From a virus (lineage: Duplodnaviria > Heunggongvirae > Uroviricota > Caudoviricetes): 17,392 nucleotides of DNA. The stretch lies in the IMG/VR virus record IMGVR_UViG_3300021140_000485; one strand, given 5' to 3'. The notes under the pieces are model-generated. The model was not told the origin of the DNA and ran no database searches. It was given only the letters and a program-made list of their open reading frames with translations. Numbering within the stretch: the first letter of the stretch is position 1; every line of letters begins with the position of its first letter. Below are positions 1-7,930 of the stretch, one piece after another. Made by a program: the position numbers and the translations under genes.

Positions 1-48
1 GATTAAAATTATAATGCTAAGATACAACTTAATTTCTAAATAACCAAC

Positions 49-2421
49 CTATTGTATAACATTTGATACGTTATCATCCTTTTTAATCTTAACGATATTG
101 TCAGCCCAGTTGGACACTAAAGGATTGTGTGTGATAACAAATATCTTTTCAAAGTAATCTTTAATCTTAGAAAAGAACTCACCAACTAATTCCAGATTCT
201 CATTGGAGATTTTACCGAATACCTCATCCCAAACAATAACATTTGGTTTTGGTAGTGAACATATCTTACTTAAGACTGAACGAAGTGCCATACTTGCAAT
301 TGTTCTCTCATACCCTGAACCAGAAGCCATAAGTTTTTCAACTCCAGTAGAATTATCAATCATAATGAACTCAACCTCATTCTTATCATTAATTCTAATT
401 TCAAGGTTGAAATAACAAGAGTCTTGTAAAAGTCTTTGTAATTCTTGGTTGATGACAGGCATCATAGTCTTCATAATAATTTTAGAAATACCATTCTTAC
501 CATACAACTCCAAATACAATTTATAGACCTTTTCACGTTCAAACTCTTGTCCAATTTTAGTAATCAAATCTGTATTCTTACTAATTTTATCTTCAAAGTT
601 TTGAATTTGATTCGCGTTTTGTACTTGTTGTCTCTCAAATCCTCTTTTTTGATTTATAAGTTCATCAATACGAAGTTGTGCCTTTAAAATCTGAGCTTCA
701 AGTTCCTGGTTCTTTTTAATTTTTTCTTGAGACTCCTCATATCTTCTTAGTTTGTCCTTAACTCTTTCAAGTTTCAACTTTGTTGCCTCGAGAGAAACCT
801 CATACTTTTCACGAATAAGTTTATTCTTCTCATATTCGTCAAACTCTTTTTTAAGTTGTGTGAATCCTTGTTCTTTGACGGTTAAATCCTGCATTAACTT
901 CAATTTCTCGTCTTTTTGCACGATAAATCCGTCAAGCTCGGCGATTTTTGCCTGTGTAATTGCAGCGTTCATTAATTCAATCCCACAGTGCTCACACTTT
1001 ATGCCACCTGAAACCTCAGACTTTAATTTCTCCAACCCTTCAATTTGAATCTCAATCTGAGCAATTTGAATATTAACGTCACTAATCTCACGTCTAACCA
1101 CATCGTGTTTATCCTCGTGATAATATTGAGTCGGTTCTTTAACAACAACTGACTTTATTTGTTGTTCTATTTTTTCACATTCACCCTCAACATTTGATAT
1201 CTCACTTTTAAGTGATAGTGGGTTTAATGATAACAATTCTTGGTCAATGTCACTAAATTTGGCATTTAATAAACCATCTTTATATTCTTGACCTCTTGAT
1301 AAACGGTCACTAACATCTTTTAACTCTTTCTCAAGATTTTCATCACTTTGTTTAACAGTTATAATTTGTTCCTGTGATGTGGTAATCTCTTGCTTTAAAG
1401 TCTCTGAATTGTAAACGTTAGACAACATACCTTTTGAAAATTCACTGTAAATCTCCTTGGCAGCTTCTTCTTTTCTTTTTAGAAACTCAAGTCCCATAAA
1501 TCTTGATAACACTTGTCCACGAGCAGTTGGTTTGGAATCAATAAGTTCTTCAAGATTACTAGAGGTTGTTAAAATTGTCATCAAGAAATCATCCATTTCA
1601 CCAATAGAATTTTTGATAAACTTTTCAGTCTCTCTACGTTGTTCACCAGTAAAATTTTGATAACTACCATCAGGTAATTTTTTCAAGAAGTCCAATTCTG
1701 TTTTAACATTCCAATCACCAGACTTTGCTTTTTTTCTTTCAATGTTACGACTAACAATGTATTCATCACCGTCAATAACAATTTCACCTCTTACAGAAAC
1801 TTTATTAGAATCTCGGAACCTGTTAAAGATTTCTTCAGCCTTTTGAGTTTTGGATGTTGTGTTGAAAAACAAAAACATCAATAAATCTACAGTTAATACT
1901 GTCTTACCACCAAAGTTTGGTGGGTCTGATTCCACAACCGTAATACCATTACATTTTTCAAAATCCAAAACTTGATTGTCCCCATAACTTAGAAAGTTTG
2001 AAAAATGTATTTTCTTAATGAACCATTTTTTGAATGGTGTTAGTTCAACATCTTCAACCAACAATTTATTATCAACCGCACCATCAATAGAAATTATTGA
2101 GTCATACAAATCCATAGAACCTTTAGACTCCAACATACTTTTAATAAGTTCTCGTTGGTAGTTCTTATCCATAATATTGAAAGACACGTCAACTGTTTGA
2201 GTAACTTCTTCAGATTGTTTACTCTTTGTAATAACGTTAACGTTGGTTGTGTTATACTTTTTAGTGAAGTATTGTTTAACACTTTTAATTCTTTCTTGAG
2301 TAAAGTTCTCGGGCGTATCTTCCCATATAACTTGTACGTATGGATTTTCGTATTCTTCTATTTTAATTTTTTTAGGCATATTTTTGTAATCAAATAATTT
2401 TGGTGGGTTGAATAAGTCCAT
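49..2421 (-). CDS. gp46: SbcC/Rad50/T4 gp46-like recombination ATPase subunit (790 aa) with ~130-aa N-terminal extension
   Basis: KKIHFSNFLSYG N-terminal strand at aa ~136-147, Walker A variant ESDPPNFGGKT (aa 164-174), long coiled coil with central CEHC zinc hook, signature-like SGYE, Walker B VWDEVFG, H-loop VITHN. Alternative start at Met15 (2379). Confidence 0.93.
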   Translation of the reverse strand: MDLFNPPKLFDYKNMPKKIKIEEYENPYVQVIWEDTPENFTQERIKSVKQYFTKKYNTTNVNVITKSKQSEEVTQTVDVSFNIMDKNYQRELIKSMLESKGSMDLYDSIISIDGAVDNKLLVEDVELTPFKKWFIKKIHFSNFLSYGDNQVLDFEKCNGITVVESDPPNFGGKTVLTVDLLMFLFFNTTSKTQKAEEIFNRFRDSNKVSVRGEIVIDGDEYIVSRNIERKKAKSGDWNVKTELDFLKKLPDGSYQNFTGEQRRETEKFIKNSIGEMDDFLMTILTTSSNLEELIDSKPTARGQVLSRFMGLEFLKRKEEAAKEIYSEFSKGMLSNVYNSETLKQEITTSQEQIITVKQSDENLEKELKDVSDRLSRGQEYKDGLLNAKFSDIDQELLSLNPLSLKSEISNVEGECEKIEQQIKSVVVKEPTQYYHEDKHDVVRREISDVNIQIAQIEIQIEGLEKLKSEVSGGIKCEHCGIELMNAAITQAKIAELDGFIVQKDEKLKLMQDLTVKEQGFTQLKKEFDEYEKNKLIREKYEVSLEATKLKLERVKDKLRRYEESQEKIKKNQELEAQILKAQLRIDELINQKRGFERQQVQNANQIQNFEDKISKNTDLITKIGQEFEREKVYKLYLELYGKNGISKIIMKTMMPVINQELQRLLQDSCYFNLEIRINDKNEVEFIMIDNSTGVEKLMASGSGYERTIASMALRSVLSKICSLPKPNVIVWDEVFGKISNENLELVGEFFSKIKDYFEKIFVITHNPLVSNWADNIVKIKKDDNVSNVIQ

Positions 2422-2627
2422 TATCCTTGAATTCCGCTGAATCCTGTGGTTCCGCTATTTTGTACGTCACCTTCTTGTTCTTGTTGTTTAAGAGCGTTTT
2501 CTCTCAAGTCAGCTAAATACTTTTGCATTTGCTCGTTCATCATTTTTTGATAAGCGTTCTGAGCCGCTTTAATTTGTTGGTTGCGAGCAGCAACCTTTTT
2601 ACGATGTTCTTTTGCTTTTTTTCCCAT
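2421..2627 (-). CDS. Small hypothetical protein with basic helical N-terminus (68 aa)
   Basis: Fills the gap between neighbours on the coding strand, A-rich leader, TAATG overlap with gp46. K/R-rich then Q-rich helix. No family recognised. Confidence 0.75.
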   Translation of the reverse strand: MGKKAKEHRKKVAARNQQIKAAQNAYQKMMNEQMQKYLADLRENALKQQEQEGDVQNSGTTGFSGIQG

Positions 2628-2632
2628 TTTAA

Positions 2633-2968
2633 TTAATTTCTGTGTTCAAACCATTCTACAATGGAGTTAATTGCCCAAACACCACCTGAAGCTAATAGTC
2701 CATCAAAGAACCAAGAGATTTTAATTGGTGTCATAAAAAAGGCGTTAATTGGAGAGAAGATAGTCAATCCCAAGAAGAATCCCACCCAAGTGCTAGTACA
2801 CATCATACAAGCAATCAAACCTGACAAGAATTTCCCAATGAATTGGAACGGAGCATAATCATTACCTCCCCATTTATGAATTCCTTCACGCAAACCGCTG
2901 AAGATACTTCCGAAAACTAAAATTTGACTAAATCCATAAGCCAAAAGTAACCAAGTTAATAACAACAT
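2633..2968 (-). CDS. Small membrane protein with CxxC motif, DUF1360-like (111 aa)
   Basis: About 3 hydrophobic segments. GLIACMMCTSTWVG resembles the DUF1360 L-x-x-C-x-x-C-x-S/G-x-W-V motif (recognised from memory, not searched). Confidence 0.65.
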   Translation of the reverse strand: MLLLTWLLLAYGFSQILVFGSIFSGLREGIHKWGGNDYAPFQFIGKFLSGLIACMMCTSTWVGFFLGLTIFSPINAFFMTPIKISWFFDGLLASGGVWAINSIVEWFEHRN

Positions 2969-2975
2969 ATTTTTT

Positions 2976-3869
2976 TTATTTATAAAGTTTATCGTCTAAA
3001 TTAGAACCTCTTAAATATAACGCTTTTTTTTCATCTTGTAACCTCATAAGTTCAGAAATCTTACTTTCAAGTTCAACTATTTTAGAATCTTTATCCAAAA
3101 TATTTTGTCTTAATTTTACAAGAGTATCTTGTAGTTTCTTACTATTATCGTTATCAGACTGTTTTTCAATGTAAACTTCTTTTACAATTTCAACTGGTGG
3201 TTTGTCTAAAACTTCGTCTAAACTACGTCTAAGTTCATCTAGTTCTTCATCCTTTTTAGACATTTTATCGTGGAAAATATTTTCCATTTCTGTCGTTTTA
3301 GTGGAAAATATTTGTAGTTTACCCTCAGTTTCTGTTAGTTTAGTGGAAAATTTTTGTTTTTCAGTTTCCAACTGTTGTATTTTTAACAACAGTTCAGTTC
3401 TCTCAATATCCAACTTTTCAATTTTACCACCAAGTTCCTTCACCTGTTCGTCATCGGTTATGTAAACTTCTTTTTCAACTACTCTGTCTACAGGTACCTC
3501 TTTGACAACTTCTTTGATAACAACTTTTTCAACAGGGATTTCCCTGATAACTTCCACAGGAACTTCCACAGTAACTTCCACAGGAACTTCCACAGTAACT
3601 TCCACAGGAACTTCCTTGATGACCTCAATTTCCTTGATTACTTCAACCTCTTTAATGACTTCAACGGGAATTTCCACCCGTTTTTCTCGGATTACCTCCT
3701 TTTCCACCCATTTTTCTTGTTCTCCACCCATTTTACCCAAAAGACCATATCTCTGAATATCAAACCCCTGTTTGAAGCTATCTTGCACAAACTTGTTGAT
3801 ATCTGTGATTCCATTCATCATACAGAAATCGTAAATCTCTTTGGTATTTTTAAGTTGGACTGAATACAT
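2976..3869 (-). CDS. Hypothetical protein with E/K/V/P-rich (VPVEV/EVIKE) repeats followed by a coiled coil (297 aa)
   Basis: aa ~53-137 are VEKEVIREKRVEIPVEVIKEVEVIKEIEVIKEVPVEVTVEVPVEVTVEVPVEVIREIPVEKVV..., followed by heptad-rich K/E/L/Q helices. TAATG overlap with gp47. Confidence 0.85.
   Translation of the reverse strand: MYSVQLKNTKEIYDFCMMNGITDINKFVQDSFKQGFDIQRYGLLGKMGGEQEKWVEKEVIREKRVEIPVEVIKEVEVIKEIEVIKEVPVEVTVEVPVEVTVEVPVEVIREIPVEKVVIKEVVKEVPVDRVVEKEVYITDDEQVKELGGKIEKLDIERTELLLKIQQLETEKQKFSTKLTETEGKLQIFSTKTTEMENIFHDKMSKKDEELDELRRSLDEVLDKPPVEIVKEVYIEKQSDNDNSKKLQDTLVKLRQNILDKDSKIVELESKISELMRLQDEKKALYLRGSNLDDKLYK
3548..3615. repeat. Perfect 24-nt tandem repeat, ~2.8 copies (12-nt subunit), coding (VPVEVTVE)n
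   Basis: taacttccacaggaacttccacag at 3548-3571 and 3572-3595, partial third copy 3596-3615. Confidence 0.95.
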
Positions 3870-4651
3870 TACCCTGCGTTTACCAATCTTTCAGACCCTT
3901 CAACAAGGTCATCATAAGAACTAATTTTAAATGCCAAAAATGGTTTAGGATTTGGTAGGTCAATAAACGTATATTCATCTTTTTTAACCTCGTAGACACC
4001 ATATCCGTGTTTAGTTAATGTCTCACCAAAGTTTTGTTGAATCGTAGACCCTACCATATAAGCCTTCTTTTTACCAGGAATATCAAACACTTGTCTTTTA
4101 TGGATATCACCACAAAGAACTAGGTCACACCCTTTGAATTTAGAAGAGTCGAACCCATCTTCAAACTTGTATCCAATATCTGTAGATAAACCAACTACAG
4201 GTCCGTGGAACAACCCAATCTTAACCCTATCACTCTTTTCAATGTCAGGCGGGATGTTATGGTCCATCAATGAATATACCACCCAATCAATGTTTTCATC
4301 TTCATACACACCCCTGTTTTTATAATAAACAATTTCAGGATTATTCAATGAATCGATAATAGGTGTCAGAGCGTCTAATCTTGACTGGTTGTTTTCAAGG
4401 AAGTCGTGGTTACCGATTATCAAAACTGTTTTAGCAATTTTAGAACACTCGGTAAGTGTCCAAGCAACCATATCAATAAGCTCAGGTGTCATTTGGTTCT
4501 TAGAATGCACCAAATCACCCGTAAAGACAATCCTGTCAGGATTCAATGCTCTCCACTCATCAAATGCTTTTGCCAGAATGGATTTATACAATTCGTGGTC
4601 TTTAAACAAACGAATATGTAAATCAGAAAAGTGAATTAATCTGTTTATCAT
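3869..4651 (-). CDS. gp47: SbcD/Mre11/T4 gp47-like metallophosphoesterase nuclease subunit (260 aa, C-terminally short)
   Basis: Five phosphoesterase motifs: FSDLH, TGDLVH, GNHD, FHG, GDIH, followed by GSTIQQNFGE...KHGYG typical of SbcD. Confidence 0.92.
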   Translation of the reverse strand: MINRLIHFSDLHIRLFKDHELYKSILAKAFDEWRALNPDRIVFTGDLVHSKNQMTPELIDMVAWTLTECSKIAKTVLIIGNHDFLENNQSRLDALTPIIDSLNNPEIVYYKNRGVYEDENIDWVVYSLMDHNIPPDIEKSDRVKIGLFHGPVVGLSTDIGYKFEDGFDSSKFKGCDLVLCGDIHKRQVFDIPGKKKAYMVGSTIQQNFGETLTKHGYGVYEVKKDEYTFIDLPNPKPFLAFKISSYDDLVEGSERLVNAG

Positions 4652-4857
4652 TCTGGCATTGCAAATTCAGGATTTATATGTCCACAAGCATCACACTTGT
4701 AGATTGGGAAGGGTACGATAGAATCGTTTGCCGAACCTGTAAGTAGTTTACTCACTTTCTTGAAAGAGAGGACTTCTTGGAAGGTTTCATTTTCGCAGGC
4801 ATCACATTTAATTGTTTCTGCGTCTTTAAGACTAATTTGTGGTCGTAAATCGTTCAT
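4648..4857 (-). CDS. Zn-ribbon protein (69 aa)
   Basis: Two CxxC pairs (KCDACE ... KCDACGH). ATGA overlap with gp47. Confidence 0.8.
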   Translation of the reverse strand: MNDLRPQISLKDAETIKCDACENETFQEVLSFKKVSKLLTGSANDSIVPFPIYKCDACGHINPEFAMPE

Positions 4858-4858
4858 A

Positions 4859-5731
4859 TTATTTGTTTAATTGTAAATTTAGTTTAGTTATTAAGTTACT
4901 CAAGGATTCATTAGCCATTCTAACAAGGTCTGAGTCCAATTCTTGTCCAGCAGCAATTGCAATGTTTTTTTGGATACTACTTAAGTCAATATTTTTGATT
5001 GTGTTAACCATCTTGTTAATGTCTTGTTTTGCTCTTCTTTTTCTGAACTCTTTAGCACATTCAACACGGTAAAGAGTTATACAGGTCATCACATCATCCC
5101 ATTCCCATCCATTTGATACTAGCGTTGAATCATTAACAGTTATGTCTGAAGGGTTGTAAATACTCACTTCACCACCCATAGGATTAGAAGTTTCCTCATT
5201 GAATAATGCAAATTTAGAATAGTTTCCTGAAACTTCTTTTTTAGAAATTACATACACTAAAAAACCATTTTTCACGTAACGATTAAATGTTGATTCATTG
5301 GTTTTAGATGCCGTACACCATCTTGTTGCCGCACCATACTTAAGGGAACCTTTGTGAGTTAAAGGTTGTAACATAAGTAAATTTTCATTCTCCCAAAGAA
5401 CTCTAATATGAGCATCTCGGTCAAATGTTTTTTCTTCGTGTTTTAAAATGGCGTCTTCAACAGTTTTTTTCAATGTATCAAAATTTTGGTACATTGGATT
5501 GTAAATGTCCTTAACCTCTATGTAATTTTGATACAACTCAAAACTTCTAACTAAATTAATTAGTGTTTCTGATGTAAAGTTTTTACCAATTTTTTTCTTA
5601 TTAGCCCATACTTTTAAAAGAAATGGTAAATATTTGTGTGTGCTGGTATTATCCGCAGCACGAAATTTATTAAAAATACCAGCACTTACGTTACTACTAT
5701 AAGTCTTCCACAATTCATCTACTTTCGACAT
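4859..5731 (-). CDS. Hypothetical phage protein with P-x-T...YG-x-x-T-x-WCT motif (possibly PcfJ-like fold) (290 aa)
   Basis: QPLTHKGSLKYGAATRWCTAS...FNRY...LVYVI at nt ~5240-5370. Preceded by a Bacteroidota-type promoter. The PcfJ link is tentative. Confidence 0.7.
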   Translation of the reverse strand: MSKVDELWKTYSSNVSAGIFNKFRAADNTSTHKYLPFLLKVWANKKKIGKNFTSETLINLVRSFELYQNYIEVKDIYNPMYQNFDTLKKTVEDAILKHEEKTFDRDAHIRVLWENENLLMLQPLTHKGSLKYGAATRWCTASKTNESTFNRYVKNGFLVYVISKKEVSGNYSKFALFNEETSNPMGGEVSIYNPSDITVNDSTLVSNGWEWDDVMTCITLYRVECAKEFRKRRAKQDINKMVNTIKNIDLSSIQKNIAIAAGQELDSDLVRMANESLSNLITKLNLQLNK

Positions 5732-5745
5732 AATAATATTTTTTT

Positions 5746-5777
5746 CAAAGATAAGAATTAAACCTTAGTATGACAAA
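5746..5777 (-). promoter_or_regulatory. Bacteroidota sigma-A (SigABfr-type) promoter: -33 TTTG, 20-nt spacer, -7 TATCTTTG
   Basis: Minus strand reads TTTG(5777-5774)-tcatactaaggtttaattct-TATCTTTG(5753-5746), then a 14-nt A/T-only stretch to the ATG at 5731. Matches the established TTTG-N19-21-TAnnTTTG consensus and sits in an intergenic gap. Confidence 0.85.
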
Positions 5778-6638
5778 CTATCCAAGGATATTTTTCATAT
5801 CCATATTAAGAACTGTATTGATAACATCTTTAGGGACACGGTATTCTTGGTAATCCCCATCATCTTTGAGTAATACCACAATACTACCCAACAACTTCAT
5901 ATCACCATACTTTGTACCTTCCAACATCTTTAACAATAGTTTACCGTAGAAAGGTAACTGAAGATAGTAGTGTCCCAAAGCATTATTAGGATATAAGTCA
6001 AATGGATGATACATTGTCTTGGTAAACTTATTGGTTTCAAAATTCTTCTGTTTATTTGTTTTCCAATCAGTAACCAAGAAACCAATTTCAGTGCCAGTCG
6101 CATTAAGTGTTAACCATACTTTGTCACCTTGTCCTGTATAACCAAGTTCAGGATGACCCAAGACAACTTCAGTATCCAATAATACCAATCCTCTGTCGTC
6201 ACATAAATCCAAATATTTGTGACCAGCACGAATCATACTTTCACTTCTAGCTTCAGAAAAAATATCACACTCAAAGACAGGTTGTCTAACTTCTTTGGTA
6301 AGTCCAAAACGAGACAAAGCCTCAACTTCCAAATGATAGTGTGTTCTACTACCCAAGTTAGTGGATTCGTCTGCCAACATCTTCCACTCTTCTTTTAATC
6401 TTTCGGCTTCTTTATAATCACCTTTCGCCTTCTTAAGTGCCGCCTCTTCTGTCGGGAACTCCTCGTAAAAGTTTTTCAGAAGTTTTGATACCGATGGGAA
6501 ATCAGAACGTAATTCCCCATCAAGACCTTTCATATTATATTTGTGATTATCCTCAAAAAACTCAAGTCCAAATTCTTTTCTTTTATCGTCCAAAATTTGA
6601 CGAATTTCTTCAGCAGCAATTTTTAAATCTAACATCAT
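5778..6638 (-). CDS. PD-(D/E)XK superfamily nuclease (RecB-nuclease/Cas4-like fold, no Fe-S cysteine set) (286 aa)
   Basis: PSVSKLL; GSRTHYHLE; DTEVVLGHPELGYTGQGD (motifs I/II); DWKTNK (motif III, D-x-K); YYLQLPFYG (QxxxY). Confidence 0.85.
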   Translation of the reverse strand: MMLDLKIAAEEIRQILDDKRKEFGLEFFEDNHKYNMKGLDGELRSDFPSVSKLLKNFYEEFPTEEAALKKAKGDYKEAERLKEEWKMLADESTNLGSRTHYHLEVEALSRFGLTKEVRQPVFECDIFSEARSESMIRAGHKYLDLCDDRGLVLLDTEVVLGHPELGYTGQGDKVWLTLNATGTEIGFLVTDWKTNKQKNFETNKFTKTMYHPFDLYPNNALGHYYLQLPFYGKLLLKMLEGTKYGDMKLLGSIVVLLKDDGDYQEYRVPKDVINTVLNMDMKNILG

Positions 6639-7553
6639 CTATTTTATTTCGTAATAATACTCGTCAATTTTACCCCCCAAGTCACATACGTCCTTGTCTT
6701 TAGGTAATTTCAAAATTTTAATTTTATCATATAACACACCACCATTTAAAGTGTGATATAGTTTAAGTGCGTTACTCCAAGCGTCACCATCCAAACATAT
6801 GTGAATATAACCCTGAACATTATTGTATAGTTTTTCAAACAACAAATTTGAAAGGTGTTTACCTAACATTGGGATTGGATTTGGTAGGAAGAACGCGTCA
6901 AACACACCTTCACATAGATACACATCTTTGGTCCAATCAATCCTACTTTCGTTGAAGATTATTTCATCTTTTGGTACCGCAGGGTTTTTATACTTCATCT
7001 TTTTATTTGCCCAAGCTCGTCCAACAAAATAATTCAACTGACCGTTCATATCAAATGAGGGAACAATAATACGATATGCGTAATCACCGCTTACGGTATA
7101 ACCAATATCATACTTATCAATCATCTCATCAGTAATACCACGGGAGTGTAAGTAATTTAATGCTTCTCTGTGTGGAATAAATCTTGAGTTAGAGTCTTTG
7201 AATTTAACAAACCCCTCAGGTAAACGTAACTTAACTTTTGGTTTTTCATCCTCCCCTTCTTTTTTTGGTCTGATTAACTCAAAAATCTGTTTTTGTTTTT
7301 TGGTTGCGAACTGGTCAAATAGTTTACCCAACGCTCCTTGAGTTCCATAGGTTTCGGAACAAGCCCAACATTTGTATACACCTATGTTATAGTTAATTTC
7401 TAAGTTACCTTTACCATCTCCCTTGTCTAACCCTTTCTCCATAGAGCAAACGGGACAGTCGAAAGATATTTGACCTTTCGACTCGTAATGAAGTTTCTCC
7501 TTTCCTAAGAAATCTTTAAGTAACTCAACTATAACTTCAGATTCTTCACTCAT
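6639..7553 (-). CDS. DNA primase, DnaG/T4 gp61-like (Zn-binding domain + Toprim) (304 aa)
   Basis: CPVC...CWAC zinc ligands; YLHSRGI; RIIVP...YFVGR; KYKNP; Toprim CEGVFDA and DGD; ends KLPKDKDVCDL. Confidence 0.92.
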   Translation of the reverse strand: MSEESEVIVELLKDFLGKEKLHYESKGQISFDCPVCSMEKGLDKGDGKGNLEINYNIGVYKCWACSETYGTQGALGKLFDQFATKKQKQIFELIRPKKEGEDEKPKVKLRLPEGFVKFKDSNSRFIPHREALNYLHSRGITDEMIDKYDIGYTVSGDYAYRIIVPSFDMNGQLNYFVGRAWANKKMKYKNPAVPKDEIIFNESRIDWTKDVYLCEGVFDAFFLPNPIPMLGKHLSNLLFEKLYNNVQGYIHICLDGDAWSNALKLYHTLNGGVLYDKIKILKLPKDKDVCDLGGKIDEYYYEIK

Positions 7554-7557
7554 TTTA

Positions 7558-7926
7558 TCAGTTTAATTTGAGTTTCCACTCTACTTTTTTTATGATGAAA
7601 CTCCACTGGTTTATCCCAAATAACTCAATGTCCTTTCTTATTGCGTATTCCGCACATCTTCTAATCATTTTATTGAGTTTAACTTTAGAAATGTTGTGTG
7701 TAACTAAAATCTCAGACGTTAACCATTCAGAGTATCTGTTGTCAAGTCTGGCAAAGATTACTCCGTCGAAGATGATATCGATTTCATACACGTGAGGTCC
7801 GCCCTCATTGTATTTACGGACTTTTTTAACCTTTAAGGAACCATTGATTTTGTCATAGACACTGAAAGGATATGATGCCATAACCTTGTTCAAGTAAGAA
7901 ATGTGAGTGTCTTTGACCATTTTCAT
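7558..7926 (-). CDS. Hypothetical protein (122 aa from ATG 7926; ATG 7920 is also possible)
   Basis: The ORF-track start at 7941 (MYLCT) lies upstream of and reads through the -7 promoter box TATCTTTG (7938-7931), so the true start is more likely 7926 or 7920. Tandem TGA TAA stops. Confidence 0.7.
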   Translation of the reverse strand: MKMVKDTHISYLNKVMASYPFSVYDKINGSLKVKKVRKYNEGGPHVYEIDIIFDGVIFARLDNRYSEWLTSEILVTHNISKVKLNKMIRRCAEYAIRKDIELFGINQWSFIIKKVEWKLKLN

Positions 7927-7930
7927 AGTA

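Noticed and set aside
2977-2984. TATAAATA (T4 late consensus) on the coding strand before the membrane-protein gene
   Set aside because: It coincides with the codons TAT AAA TAA ending the upstream gene, occurs once in that orientation, and is easily produced by chance in AT-rich DNA.
5778-6638. Calling the nuclease a true Cas4
   Set aside because: It lacks the 1+3 cysteine Fe-S ligand set, and there is no CRISPR context.
1-6641. Genome-wide TAG-to-Gln recoding (genetic code 15)
   Set aside because: No gene in ~17 kb is interrupted by an internal TAG. The gp46 TAG falls where Rad50-family proteins normally end. Readthrough of the nuclease TAG adds only ~10 codons before a TGA.
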